46,451 bases of DNA, from the NCBI RefSeq assembly GCF_001194135.2, contig NC_068981.1:34081694-34128144 (forward strand). Reading direction: 5' to 3'. Below the pieces are notes generated by a model. It saw nothing but the letters and a program-made list of their open reading frames with translations. It searched no databases and was not told where the DNA came from. Below are positions 21,604 to 33,497 of the stretch, piece after piece; position 1 is the stretch's first letter, and each line of letters begins with the position of its first letter. The stretch is from Octopus bimaculoides. Lineage: Eukaryota. Both the position numbers and the translations under genes were made by a program.

Positions 21604-22821
21604 GATTTAACAAATTCTTGAATTTGTTAAATCCGAAACTAGTTCCTGTTTAATAATGCTTTTTTAGGTGATTTTAAATGTCTTGCCCGCTCACGTTTTT
21701 GGTATGCTGCTATATTTCATGTTGAGAACAATTTAGGTCTTAATAGACACAAGATGTGATCTATTTCTAGCGCATTAATTGTCCACGTTAGTGGTCGACG
21801 TTATTTTTTAAAATGTACCTTAATCCCCTGAGATTGCAGATAATATTTCTGAATCTCTTTGATTCTTTAGATGTGCTGGCCTCCTGATAATTAATCGATA
21901 TTAATTAATATATGACTAATTACCAGATTTTATAATAATATTTANNNNNNNNNNNNNNNNNNNNNNNNNNNNNNNNNNNNNNNNNNNNNNNNNNNNNNNN
22001 NNNNNNNNNNNNNNNNNNNNNNNNNNNNNNNNNNNNNNNNNNNNNNNNNNNNNNNNNNNNNNNNNNNNNNNNNNNNNNNNNNNNNNNNNNNNNNNNNNNN
22101 NNNNNNNNNNNNNNNNNNNNNNNNNNNNNNNNNNNNNNNNNNNNNNNNNNNNNNNNNNNNNNNNNNNNNNNNNNNNNNNNNNNNNNNNNNNNNNNNNNNN
22201 NNNNNNNNNNNNNNNNNNNNNNNNNNNNNNNNNNNNNNNNNNNNNNNNNNNNNNNNNNNNNNNNNNNNNNNNNNNNNNNNNNNNNNNNNNNNNNNNNNNN
22301 NNNNNNNNNNNNNNNNNNNNNNNNNNNNNNNNNNNNNNNNNNNNNNNNNNNNNNNNNNNNNNNNNNNNNNNNNNNNNNNNNNNNNNNNNNNNNNNNNNNN
22401 NNNNNNNNNNNNNNNNNNNNNNNNNNNNNNNNNNNNNNNNNNNNNNNNNNNNNNNNNNNNNNNNNNNNNNNNNNNNNNNNNNNNNNNNNNNNNNNNNNNN
22501 NNNNNNNNNNNNNNNNNNNNNNNNNNNNNNNNNNNNNNNNNNNNNNNNNNNNNNNNNNNNNNNNNNNNNNNNNNNNNNNNNNNNNNNNNNNNNNNNNNNN
22601 NNNNNNNNNNNNNNNNNNNNNNNNNNNNNNNNNNNNNNNNNNNNNNNNNNNNNNNNNNNNNNNNNNNNNNNNNNNNNNNNNNNNNNNNNNNNNNNNNNNN
22701 NNNNNNNNNNNNNNNNNNNNNNNNNNNNNNNNNNNNNNNNNNNNNNNNNNNNNNNNNNNNNNNNNNNNNNNNNNNNNNNNNNNNNTATATATATGTATAT
22801 GTATGTATGTATGTATATAAA

Positions 22822-23033
22822 TGTTTGTGTGTTTGTGTTTGTGCCTCCACCATCACTTAACAACCGATGTTGGTGTGTTTACATCCCCGTAACTTAGCGG
22901 TTCTGCTCAAGCGACCGATATAATAAGTATTAGGCTTACAAAGACTAAGTCCTGGAGTCTATTTGTTCGATTAAATGCCGTGCTCCAGCATGGCCGCAAT
23001 CAAATAACTGAAACAAGTAAAAGAATAAAAGAA
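22822..23033 (+). mobile_element. SINE family B, 3' half
   Basis: ACAACCGATGTTGGTGTGTTTACATCCCCGTAACTTAGCGG..CTCCAGCATGGCCGCA..AAAAGAATAAAAG. Confidence 0.92.
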
Positions 23034-23234
23034 TATATATACTTACATACATAAATATATGCATATACACATGTGTATATAAACATACATGTGTGTATGT
23101 TTGGTGTATTTGTGTATATATATGTGTATATATATGGTAAGAAATCTTGAAATAAAACTAAATAATTACATACACAAATACATACATCCATACATCCAGC
23201 CATACATACATACATACATACATACATACATACA

Positions 23235-23266
<32 letters not shown>

Positions 23267-23717
23267 CTCACGAGACAAACACACATACACATATATAAAC
23301 ATATAAACAGAAAAGTAATACCCAGGCAACATACACAAGAGCCGAAGGAAAAAATAAGCATCTGGCTGACGTCACATACATTTAGTTATCGTAAAAAAGA
23401 AAAATCAAGTTCCAGCGGTAATATCAGCACCAATCATATTGGACCGACCCACGACAACGAGGCGCAAGCATACGTCAAAATCTCTTGTCTTAGAAATGAG
23501 GCTATGAACTTCTAGAAACGTTCAGCATGGATTTAGTAACTTCAATGCTGCAAACAGATTTTAAGGAACTTATGAAAATATGAGAAAAGCCCTTATGAAA
23601 ATGATAAAATTAGGACGAGTTATTTGAATTGGTATGATTATTTAACTCTACAAAGGTTTCGTTGCTTCTTTACCCCATTTTTAATGTTACCGGTTTTTCT
23701 TTTAAATTTCGTTTTCT

Positions 23718-23806
23718 ATCTTTTTTTAATTATCTTTCATTTGCTTTAGTTACTGAACTGCGACCATGCTGGCGCAGCACCTTGAAGGGTTTTTAGTCGA
23801 ATAAAC
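23718..23806 (-). mobile_element. SINE family B, 3' end fragment
   Basis: CTGCGACCATGCTGG..CACCTTGAAGGGTTTTTAGTCGAA. Confidence 0.7.
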
Positions 23807-23885
23807 CACTATTGTTCCTGAGAGTTATACTACCCACTGACTGCACGAAACTTACTAACTTCTTACATCTTGATCCTTTGCATAT

Positions 23886-23928
<43 letters not shown>

Positions 23929-24325
23929 CCTCTGACATGCACTTTCAGTCAATATGCAAACTAACGCAATTGTGAAGTTGCATTCTGGCTGTAGGGAGTT
24001 GTGCTTTGTTTTTTAAGTCATTGGTTATAAAAACTTTGAGCGTTGATTTTATGTAGGCAACTTTAATTGTGGGCTGTGTATTTACTCGTGGGTTATGTAG
24101 AAGTGCTTGCTTATAAAGGACAGGAAATTGCTTTAGATATACTGCATTAAATAAAAGAAAGACTGGAAGTTCTAGGCTGGAATGTTTTTTTTTATCATAG
24201 GCTAGCTTAAACATGCTTGACAAAAACAACTTCAATTATAATTCCCACCAATACAATGCAGGCTATAGAGAGTATACATTTCAGGACAAAATTCAAATGG
24301 AGAAATAGGTGTGCCGTAATATTAT

Positions 24326-24500
24326 TTCGTTGCTGTTGTTTAACCGAGGTCAACTTTGATCATCATGGCCTTTCCTTTTTTTCAGTTATTGTATATGTAG
24401 ATCAACATCATCTTATGTTCCTATCGATTATGAAGGCGGCAAAGTGCGATTTGAGAGAAATTTGTCAGCTATTTTTTAGCAGACCGTGTGGCGGCAGAGA
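24326..24500 (-). mobile_element. SINE-like family C copy
   Basis: GTTGTTTAACCGAGGTCAACTTTGATCA..GTGCGATTTGAGAGAAATTTGTCAGCTATTTTTTAGCAG matches blocks of other family C copies. Confidence 0.6.
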
Positions 24501-24909
24501 ATATTCATCGGTAGATTCTATCAATTTACAATTGGTAGATGCTGCTGCTGAATTTCTTACGTAAATGTGTTTGAAATGAATAAATGCATGAATAATAAAA
24601 GATAAAGGTAAAGCAGGTCAATATGTGAGATTACTAAGATTTCTTTCTTCAAATAACAAGTATGGACGTGAATGGACGCAAATAAGAACACGAAGCAACA
24701 GAAATATTAAAAACTAAAATCTTTTAACCTCATAACGCCTATTATTAATAATTCTTGGCACTTCAAATAAGCTCATATTGGAATAAAACGACAAAATTGA
24801 AAGCATGGATGAGCTGTAAGGATTCTTTACGTTTGAACAACATTATTGCATGCAAGCATTATAATGGTTCTAGAAGAATTATTGACATTTGAAGAAGAAT
24901 ACACACGCA

Positions 24910-24940
<31 letters not shown>

Positions 24941-25916
24941 NNNNNNNNNNNNNNNNNNNNNNNNNNNNNNNNNNNNNNNNNNNNNNNNNNNNNNNNNNNN
25001 NNNNNNNNNNNNNNNNNNNNNNNNNNNNNNNNNNNNNNNNNNNNNNNNNNNNNNNNNNNNNNNNNNNNNNNNNNNNNNNNNNNNNNNNNNNNNNNNNNNN
25101 NNNNNNNNNNNNNNNNNNNNNNNNNNNNNNNNNNNNNNNNNNNNNNNNNNNNNNNNNNNNNNNNNNNNNNNNNNNNNNNNNNNNNNNNNNNNNNNNNNNN
25201 NNNNNNNNNNNNNNNNNNNNNNNNNNNNNNNNNNNNNNNNNNNNNNNNNNNNNNNNNNNNNNNNNNNNNNNNNNNNNNNNNNNNNNNNNNNNNNNNNNNN
25301 NNNNNNNNNNNNNNNNNNNNNNNNNNNNNNNNNNNNNNNNNNNNNNNNNNNNNNNNNNNNNNNNNNNNNNNNNNNNNNNNNNNNNNNNNNNNNNNNNNNN
25401 NNNNNNNNNNNNNNNNNNNNNNNNNNNNNNNNNNNNNNNNNNNNNNNNNNNNNNNNNNNNNNNNNNNNNNNNNNNNNNNNNNNNNNNNNNNNNNNNNNNN
25501 NNNNNNNNNNNNNNNNNNNNNNNNNNNNNNNNNNNNNNNNNNNNNNNNNNNNNNNNNNNNNNNNNNNNNNNNNNNNNNNNNNNNNNNNNNNNNNNNNNNN
25601 NNNNNNNNNNNNNNNNNNNNNNNNNNNNNNNNNNNNNNNNNNNNNNNNNNNNNNNNNNNNNNNNNNNNNNNNNNNNNNNNNNNNNNNNNNNNNNNNNNNN
25701 NNNNNNNNNNNNNNNNNNNNNNNNNNNNNNNNNNNNNNNNNNNNNNNNNNNNNNNNNNNNNNNNNNNNNNNNNNNNNNNNNNNNNNNNNNNNNNNNNNNN
25801 NNNNNNNNNNNNNNNNNNNNNNNNNNNNNNNNNNNNNNNNNNNNNNNNNNNNNNNNNNNNNNNNNNNNNNNNNNNNNNNNNNNNNNNNNNNNNNNNNNNN
25901 NNNNNNNNNNNNNNNN

Positions 25917-25939
25917 AAAGAAGCCCGTCGTATATATGC

Positions 25940-25975
<36 letters not shown>

Positions 25976-26190
25976 ATGTGTTTGTGTGCCTGTGTTTGTC
26001 CCCCCAACATCGCTTGAGAACCGATGCTGGTGTGTTTACGTCCCCGTAACTTAGCGGTTCGGTAAAAGAGACCGATAGAATAAGTACTAGGCTTCCAAAA
26101 TCTAAGTCCTGGGGCCGATTTGCTCGACTAAAGGCGGTGCTCCAGCATGGCCACAGTCAAAAAACTGAAACAAGTAAAAGAGTAAAAGAG
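25917..26190 (+). mobile_element. SINE family B, 3' two-thirds, well conserved
   Basis: AAAGAAGCCCGTCGTATA..CCCCGTAACTTAGCGGTTCGG..GAGACCGATAGAATAAGTACTAGGC..AAAAGAGTAAAAGAG. Confidence 0.95.
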
Positions 26191-26639
26191 TACAGTACCA
26201 CTCAAGTTCTGGGATCCATGGTATCGACTCGCCCATTCTCCTCAAAATTGCTAACCTTACGTGACCCACCAGACTAGTTCAGAGAGTGGACACAGACAGA
26301 GCTATGTAATCTTTTCAGTATACCTCAAAAGCTAGTCCTGAAGCTTTTTGATACTACCACGTACGTGATCTTTTCAGTATATCTAAATATCTGAATATCT
26401 ATGACTGCAGGAGTTCGGGTAATTTTGGATGTTTTCTTGCTTATTTTGCATATATTTATCCCTAGTTATGGTAAAAGCATTTGATCGGTAAAATGGATAA
26501 CCCGGCACAAATTTGAAACCAAGGATGCCACAAAATCTGTGGTGAACCTGTGTAAAAAAATAAAACTACTTCCAAAAGTTGTTTTAAAACTGAGATGGTC
26601 ATTTTTGTCAAATCACTAAGTTATGGAGACATTTAAAAC

Positions 26640-26965
26640 GAGGGGTCTGGCACTTTTATCAAATTGATAAGTTACGGGGACGAAAATAAAACAACACCGT
26701 TTGTCAATCAGTGACGGGTAAGGAGAGACAAACCGAAACAAAAGGGCATATGCACATCTATCTATCTACTTATTTATCTGTCTTTCTGTGTGTCTGTCTG
26801 TCTATCTATTTACACGATGGGCTTCCATACAATTACCAAATTCACTCACAAAGCATTAATTATCACGCAGCTATAGTAGAAGTAAGTAATTTGCAGGAAT
26901 GTGGAATTGAACCCGAAACCACGTGGTCACGAAAAGTGCTTCTTAGGTACACAGCCATGCCTGCG
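26640..26965 (-). mobile_element. SINE family B, older divergent copy
   Basis: AAGTTACGGGGAC..ACGATGGGCTTCCA..CCAAATTCACTCACAA..GGAATTGAACCCGAAACCACGTGG..CACAGCCATGCCTGCG. Confidence 0.8.
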
Positions 26966-27371
26966 ATTAGGAGTAGTAAAATCAAATTTTTGTGTGCAGT
27001 GGTGTTCTCCATTATCATTGCAGAGATACAGAAAAAGATAGAGGCACTGGAAGCATCTCGTACTTAGACCACTCCCCAAATTATCCGATTCACGAAATAC
27101 TCCACGACCACAATAGCCCCCAGGAAGTTCTCTCAACGGGTAAGAAATGAGGGCTTGGTTGAGGGCGTCTCTGGTGGATTTGGAAAGACCATTCCTCAAA
27201 GAGCGGTAGAAGAATAAAGAAGCAGACTGTGGAGAGAGATGAATAGACCATCTTAAAGAATGTTAGAGGGAAATCATTTGTGGAAACCAGGTTTCTTGTA
27301 CACAATCTTGACACACAGAGAAGACTGATGTACAGTGTGTCCTGCCAAACACCCCTGCAGCTCTATCTAAA

Positions 27372-27660
27372 GTTGAGGGCCCTCATAAGTGCATGGTTAG
27401 TTAGATCGTGGGTTTAATTTCCGGACTAGGCGGCGCTCTGTGTTCTTGATCAAAGCATTTCAGTTCACGCTACCCTAGTCCACTCAGCTGTAAATGGGTA
27501 ACCCCTGCGGCGGACTAGACTTTCGGTCAGGGGAGAATGACGGCCTGCTCGTCTAGCCAGCGGGGCTGGCATCATTCGAAGGTTAAAACCATGCGAATCG
27601 CATTGTGACCAGCGATGTATAACAACATCTAATAATCTGGTCGATCACGTGATCACGTGT
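27372..27660 (+). mobile_element. SINE family E (tRNA-like head, CORE/Meta-like centre)
   Basis: Decayed head, then TTCTTGATCAAAGCA..CTAGTCCACTCAGCTGTAAATGGGTA, a block typical of conserved SINE central domains; ends GATCACGTGATCACGTG. Single copy in this window. Confidence 0.6.
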
Positions 27661-27663
27661 ATA

Positions 27664-27847
27664 TACTCTTTTACTGTGGCCATGCTGCAGCACCGCCTTT
27701 AGTCGAGCAAATCGACCCCATGACTTATTCTTTGGAAGCCTAGTACTTATTCTATCGGTCTCTTTAAGTTACGGGGACGTAAACACACCAGCATCGGTTG
27801 TCAAGCGATGTTGGGAGGGGGGAACAAACACAGACACACAAACATAT

Positions 27848-27886
<39 letters not shown>
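27664..27886 (-). mobile_element. SINE family B, 3' half
   Basis: Reverse complement of 25980-26190, with a small deletion. Confidence 0.93.
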
Positions 27887-28875
27887 NNNNNNNNNNNNNN
27901 NNNNNNNNNNNNNNNNNNNNNNNNNNNNNNNNNNNNNNNNNNNNNNNNNNNNNNNNNNNNNNNNNNNNNNNNNNNNNNNNNNNNNNNNNNNNNNNNNNNN
28001 NNNNNNNNNNNNNNNNNNNNNNNNNNNNNNNNNNNNNNNNNNNNNNNNNNNNNNNNNNNNNNNNNNNNNNNNNNNNNNNNNNNNNNNNNNNNNNNNNNNN
28101 NNNNNNNNNNNNNNNNNNNNNNNNNNNNNNNNNNNNNNNNNNNNNNNNNNNNNNNNNNNNNNNNNNNNNNNNNNNNNNNNNNNNNNNNNNNNNNNNNNNN
28201 NNNNNNNNNNNNNNNNNNNNNNNNNNNNNNNNNNNNNNNNNNNNNNNNNNNNNNNNNNNNNNNNNNNNNNNNNNNNNNNNNNNNNNNNNNNNNNNNNNNN
28301 TGTACAGTGATTCTCGAACATACTGTACTGTGTATATATGAAACCTACTGTATTTGGTGTGCACATCGGTCCCTGAAGCATTTTCTATCAGCCATATTGA
28401 ACAGTTTATTAGTTCCAAAAATAAATAAATCAATCAATAAATCTAACCGCAACAAGCCTAAAATATGTGTACATAACAAAAATATCGATAATAAGAAATC
28501 ATTAATTTACAATAATAAACTTCTCTATACAACCAACGGTGTCTGGCTATTGTCTGTCTGTCTCTCTCTCTTTCTCTCTCTTGCCTTTCTTTCTTTGTAT
28601 TGTTTTCTGTTATCTCTGTGTCTCTCATTACCTACCTCTTCTCTCCTCTCACAGCTAACCTTTCACTTTTCATTACTTTAACTGTCTGCTTCTGTTCTCT
28701 CACCGCCGCTCTATGTCGAACGCAGGCGTTATTATAAATAAACTAAAAGAATACTCGGCATTGCCCAGAAAATACACAACACAAAGCTGGACAATTTGTT
28801 GAATGAGAATAATCGTAATTTTGCATAAATTTAATATCTCGATCTTCAATCTGTCTATTATTTGTAACATCTATA

Positions 28876-29093
28876 AGTCGGCGAGCTAGCAGAGTCGTTA
28901 GCATGTCGGGTAATATGCTTAGTGGCATTTCGTCCGCCTTTACGATCTGAGTTCAAATTCTACCGAGGTCGACTTTACCTTTTATTTTCTCGAGGTCGAT
29001 AAATTAAGTACCCGTTACGTACTGGGATCGAAGTAATCGATTAGTCCCCTCCCCCAAATGTCAGGCCTTGTGCCTACAGGAGAAAGGATAATG
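28876..29093 (+). mobile_element. SINE family A, full length with 12-bp TSD
   Basis: Homologous to 13069-13286; TSD TGTAACATCTAT at 28863-28874 and 29094-29105. Confidence 0.92.
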
Positions 29094-29681
29094 TGTAACA
29101 TCTATCTCTCTGTCTGTCTGTACACACATACCTTCACACACACACACACACACAGATACATATGTATGCGTGTGTTACCTTTTTAGGTATGGCTGTGTGG
29201 CTATGAAGCTCGCTTTGCAACACAAACAGTTAAATATTAAGCTAGTATCGTTGAAAAGACATTTTGGCGTTTGCTCATTTCCAGGATCCTGTAGAAGGTA
29301 AAAGTACTTTGTCAAAGAGGGACGATTTCCAGGCCAAGAGGTAGGTCTAAGAAACGAAATTAAAGCAGTTGGGAGTTAAGTGCTAAGTACAACCTACAAC
29401 GCATCAAGTGAGATGGTGTCATTGTTTGAAAATGGATCCACCAAATATTCTAATTAAATTCTAAATTAACGTGAAAAATACATGGATATTAATTACTGAG
29501 GTGTACTGAGTTTTTTAAAAAAAGAGAGTTAGAACAATTAATAGATATTTTTATGGAAAATTATGGCTCTACTCGCATATAAATTTGTTCTAGTGGTGGT
29601 AAACTTAGTGAACACCAACATGATGCAGATGGATATCTATGAGATGCATGCCTAGGAAGTTTGTCGCAAGAAATAATTATT

Positions 29682-29855
29682 GATTTCAAATTTTGGCACA
29701 AGAGCAATAATTTTGGAGTAGGTGGAAGTCGATTGCATCGACTCCGAAAGGATGGAAGGCAACGTTGGCAGAATTTGAACTCAGAACGTAAAGACGGTCG
29801 AAATGCCGCTAAGTATTTTGCCTGGTGTGCTAACGATTCTGCTAGCTGGCTAGCC
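29682..29855 (-). mobile_element. SINE family A, internally deleted, with 20-bp TSD
   Basis: TSD TGTCGCAAGAAATAATTATT (29662-29681) / TGTCGCTAGAAATAATTATT (29856-29875). Confidence 0.9.
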
Positions 29856-30192
29856 TGTCGCTAGAAATAATTATTACAAACGACGTCCAATAAAATGCTC
29901 GCCCCATCATATGCCCTGTAATGCATTATCTCTGGAAAACATGAATTATTGGGAATACAACGGCGAGAGCAGTGAAAAAATAGCCCACAAAAAACAAAAC
30001 AAAAAAACCTTTCACGTTTTCCATTCAAAAGTTACACATTTGGAAAACATCTCCTTTTGTCGTGGTAAATACTTTTTTTTTTATAGGAACCTAGAAACGA
30101 AGAAGCGCCGACAGTTCTTAATAAAATAGAAAAAAGTTATAACGAATGGTAAAAATAAATATGATTACTTATTCGAAAGTAAACAGAAAATG

Positions 30193-30255
<63 letters not shown>

Positions 30256-30396
30256 GTCTGTCTGTCTGTCTGTCTGCCTGCCAGTCTGTCTGTCTGCCTG
30301 CCAGTCTGTCTGTCTGTCTGTCTAACCGATTGGCTATTTGTATGCATATGAATATGTATGTACGTATGTATGTACGAATGCTTGAATGCATGTATG

Positions 30397-30440
<44 letters not shown>
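30193..30440. repeat. Compound (TATC)n-(TGTC)n-(TATG)-(TA)n array
   Basis: Visible. Confidence 0.93.
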
Positions 30441-30441
<1 letters not shown>

Positions 30442-31283
30442 GTGTATGTATTTTGTTTTAAAAACAAAAATACTTATCCTAATGAAAAGATTAAAATGAT
30501 GTGTTTTCTCCCTTTCTTTGTGTGTGTCTTTGGTGAGCATGCGCGCACGCGTATGCTTGTTTGTATGTTGAAGTCAGGAATTGTCTCCTTTTCATGAATG
30601 GCTGAAAATTACTTTTCTTTGTTGCTACAATAATCAACAATTTTTTTTAACCTTTTTATTTATTTATTTTTTTATTTTTCAGTCTTCCAGAGACCAGAAA
30701 TGAACAGGAAATTATTTTAGGCAAAAGGTTTTTATTCTATTTTTTGTTAAAGAATACATTAGCCGAAACATTTTATCGCCGCATAGTTCTGTTTTTGCTA
30801 AAGACGCCGACCAAAACAAACTTTAAATTTTAGTGTTGTAAAGATGTGGATTATTTTATTATATGTTTAATAAATACATGTCTCTGTCTTTGTATAGAAA
30901 ATATCTGTTTTACTTATGTCTTTAAGCTTATTTTAATTAACATATTTATGTCTGTTATACATCAATATATTTGTTAGTCTATGTATGAAATCTCTATATA
31001 TTTGTGTCTCATTTTGTGTAAATATCTAAGCTTTTATCCATGCTTGTATCCATATGTCTATAACTGTTTGTACATGATTTCGTATATATTTTTTTATTTA
31101 AATCCTTAATAATACCAGATGATCACAAAATGTCGTCTGCATCTGGTCGAGAGTCATAACCAAAAATATTTTGCTAGAGGGGTTTATGGGATATTCTTCA
31201 TTAAAATTCAAGCCATACCACTAAAATAATAATTTGACAAACACATATCTATTATAGTATACACCACATATATTACATTAAGC

Positions 31284-31475
31284 CAGTGATCCGCACACTG
31301 GTGTGCCACGAGACGGTGCTAGGTGTGCCACGAGACGGTGCTAGGTGTACCACAGTGTAATCTGAATATAATTTTTTTCCCAATACTTTTAGTTATATTT
31401 TTAGTTCAGGTGTGCCGCCGAATTTTGAGAAGAATATAAGTGTATTATAAGTGAAAAAAAGGTTGCGGAGCACTG
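31284..31475. mobile_element. hAT (Charlie-like) MITE
   Basis: Left end CAGTGATCCGCACACT; right end reads CAGTGCTCCGCAACCT on the minus strand; internal GGTGTGCC motifs; 8-bp flanks CATTAAGC/CGCGAAGC match only partly. Confidence 0.75.
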
Positions 31476-31667
31476 CGCGAAGCAAATCATAAAAAAAACT
31501 CATCGCGAGAAAGCGTAAATGAGAGTAAAAAAGAAAGGAAATCGCTTAACGTAATAGAATAAACATTTATGTTTATGTAATCATGACAATATGTGTGCCA
31601 ATAGAGAAAGAGTCGGTTTCTAACCTAGATCTAAGTTCTTTCATTGGAATTTCAACATCAACAACAG

Positions 31668-32170
31668 GGTATGTATGTATGTATGTATGTATGTATGTAT
31701 GTATGTATGTATGTATGTATGTATGCATGTATGTATGTATGTATGTATGTACGTATGTATGTATGTGTTATGTCTCAAGCTACTACTATCTAGCACTTTT
31801 GGATGATCTCTACTCAACCGCTACACAACTGCTACACGACTGCTACTCGACTGCTACTCAACACTCCTACCACGGCCAGACTACCTCTATTTATATGTCT
31901 TGGGAGGTCCTACTTATTCGCCTGGGGGCGTCGACACAACAGTATGTATGTATGCATGTGTATGCATGCATATATGTGTGTATGCATGCATGTGTGTATT
32001 TGTGTATGTATGTATGCATGCGTGCACGTACGTATGTATGTGTGTATGTATGTATGTATGTATGTATGTGTATTATGTAGGTAGGTACGTAGGCAGGTAG
32101 GTAGTTATGTCTGCATGTATGCATGCAAACATGTTTGTTTGTATGTATGCCTGTTTGCATGCATGTGTCT
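31668..32170. repeat. (TATG)n arrays flanking a non-repetitive island
   Basis: TATG at 31668-31766 and degenerate TATG/CATG at 31942-32170. Confidence 0.9.
31810..31864. repeat. 11-bp minisatellite, 5 copies (CTAC[TA]C[AG]ACTG-like)
   Basis: CTACTCAACCG CTACACAACTG CTACACGACTG CTACTCGACTG CTACTCAACAC. Confidence 0.9.
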
Positions 32171-32704
32171 ACGAGCTTATACCTGTATATGTGAGCAAAG
32201 ATGTGTATTTGTAAGTACATATTTTGTATGTAAGAATAAACGCACGTATTTATATACGTAGATATGTGGGTGTAAACGTATGCAAATAAAAGTACGTATG
32301 TATGTGTGTGTGTGTATGTATGCTTGTATATATGCATACTTGCAAGCTTCACTGTGTGTGAAAACTTGGCCTTCATTCAGTGTGTGTGTATTTGCTTGTT
32401 TCCTCATCCCTCTACTTGTTTGACACTGACATTTGGTGTACATTTTGAATGGCGTGTGTGTTCAGTGAAGTATATTTTTAAACGGTGCTCATATTTTTTG
32501 TCTATGTTAAATGTAGTCTCACTGTTTGTCTTAATTCTTCTCTGTCTACAGTTGTCTATGTGCATGTAAGGCCATGTTTGCCTGCATCACCATGTTTAAA
32601 ACTCTGATTGTCTATATGTACGTATTTGTATTGTCTTAATATCTGTCAGTCTGTGTTTGTCCTTCTGTGCTGTTTTTTTTTAAATTCTATATAAATCTCC
32701 CTTC

Positions 32705-32745
<41 letters not shown>

Positions 32746-32954
32746 TCTCTCACTCTCTCTCTCTCTATCCATCTATCTATCTATCTATCTATTTATCTAT
32801 CTCTCCCATTGTCTCGCTGTACAGCACAAGTAAAACTACAAACATTTGTGTTTCCATACATGTGCTTCAACGTCTTTCGGTGTTTGCCCTCTACTGCAGT
32901 GTCTATCTATTTAGTTGTATAACTATTTCGCTGTTGTCGAGTCAACAAGGGGAA

Positions 32955-33070
32955 CTTCTACCACGTGGTCTCTGGACTTGTTAGAAATAACAGAAGTATC
33001 TTTCTCTAGTCATGTCCTAACGTGTTAAAAAAGGAGGGAGTATTTTGGATAATATAATTCTTAATATACA
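32955..33070 (+). mobile_element. SINE-like family C, 5' part
   Basis: CTACCACGTGGTC..TAGAAATAACAG..TTGGATAATATA; inverse of 9770-9890. Confidence 0.55.
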
Positions 33071-33321
33071 AAAAATCAAGGAGATGACCTGATAACCTCG
33101 ATGAGGACAACGACGACAAACATTTCCCTGTGTATCGGTCTCCCTGTACATGATTCCCTACCTTGTTAATTACCAAACATATGAGTGTATAAACAAATAC
33201 AGGTATATCGAATACCTTACAGCATAAATTCTTGATTTCTTAGTAGTATCTCTTAACTTAAACATATAGTAAAAAATAGTAGCAAACAATCTTTTTCGTA
33301 TGAGTCTAAGTCCCTTCGCTA

Positions 33322-33466
33322 GTGGAGGCGCAATGGCCCAGTGGTTAGGGCAGCCGATTCGCGGTCATAGGATCGCAGTTTCGATTCCCAGACCGGGCGT
33401 TGTGAGTGTTTATTGAGCGAAAANNNNNNNNNNATACATCCAGCCATACATACATACATACATACA

Positions 33467-33497
<31 letters not shown>

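Noticed and set aside
24217-24564. 115-aa ORF with apparent splice signals
   Set aside because: Its distal half is a family C repeat copy (24326-24500); the peptide has no recognisable domain.
33322-33400. tRNA-like sequence with A/B boxes and a possible TCG anticodon
   Set aside because: It is the head of a TSD-bounded SINE with a (CAA)n tail; no proper acceptor stem.
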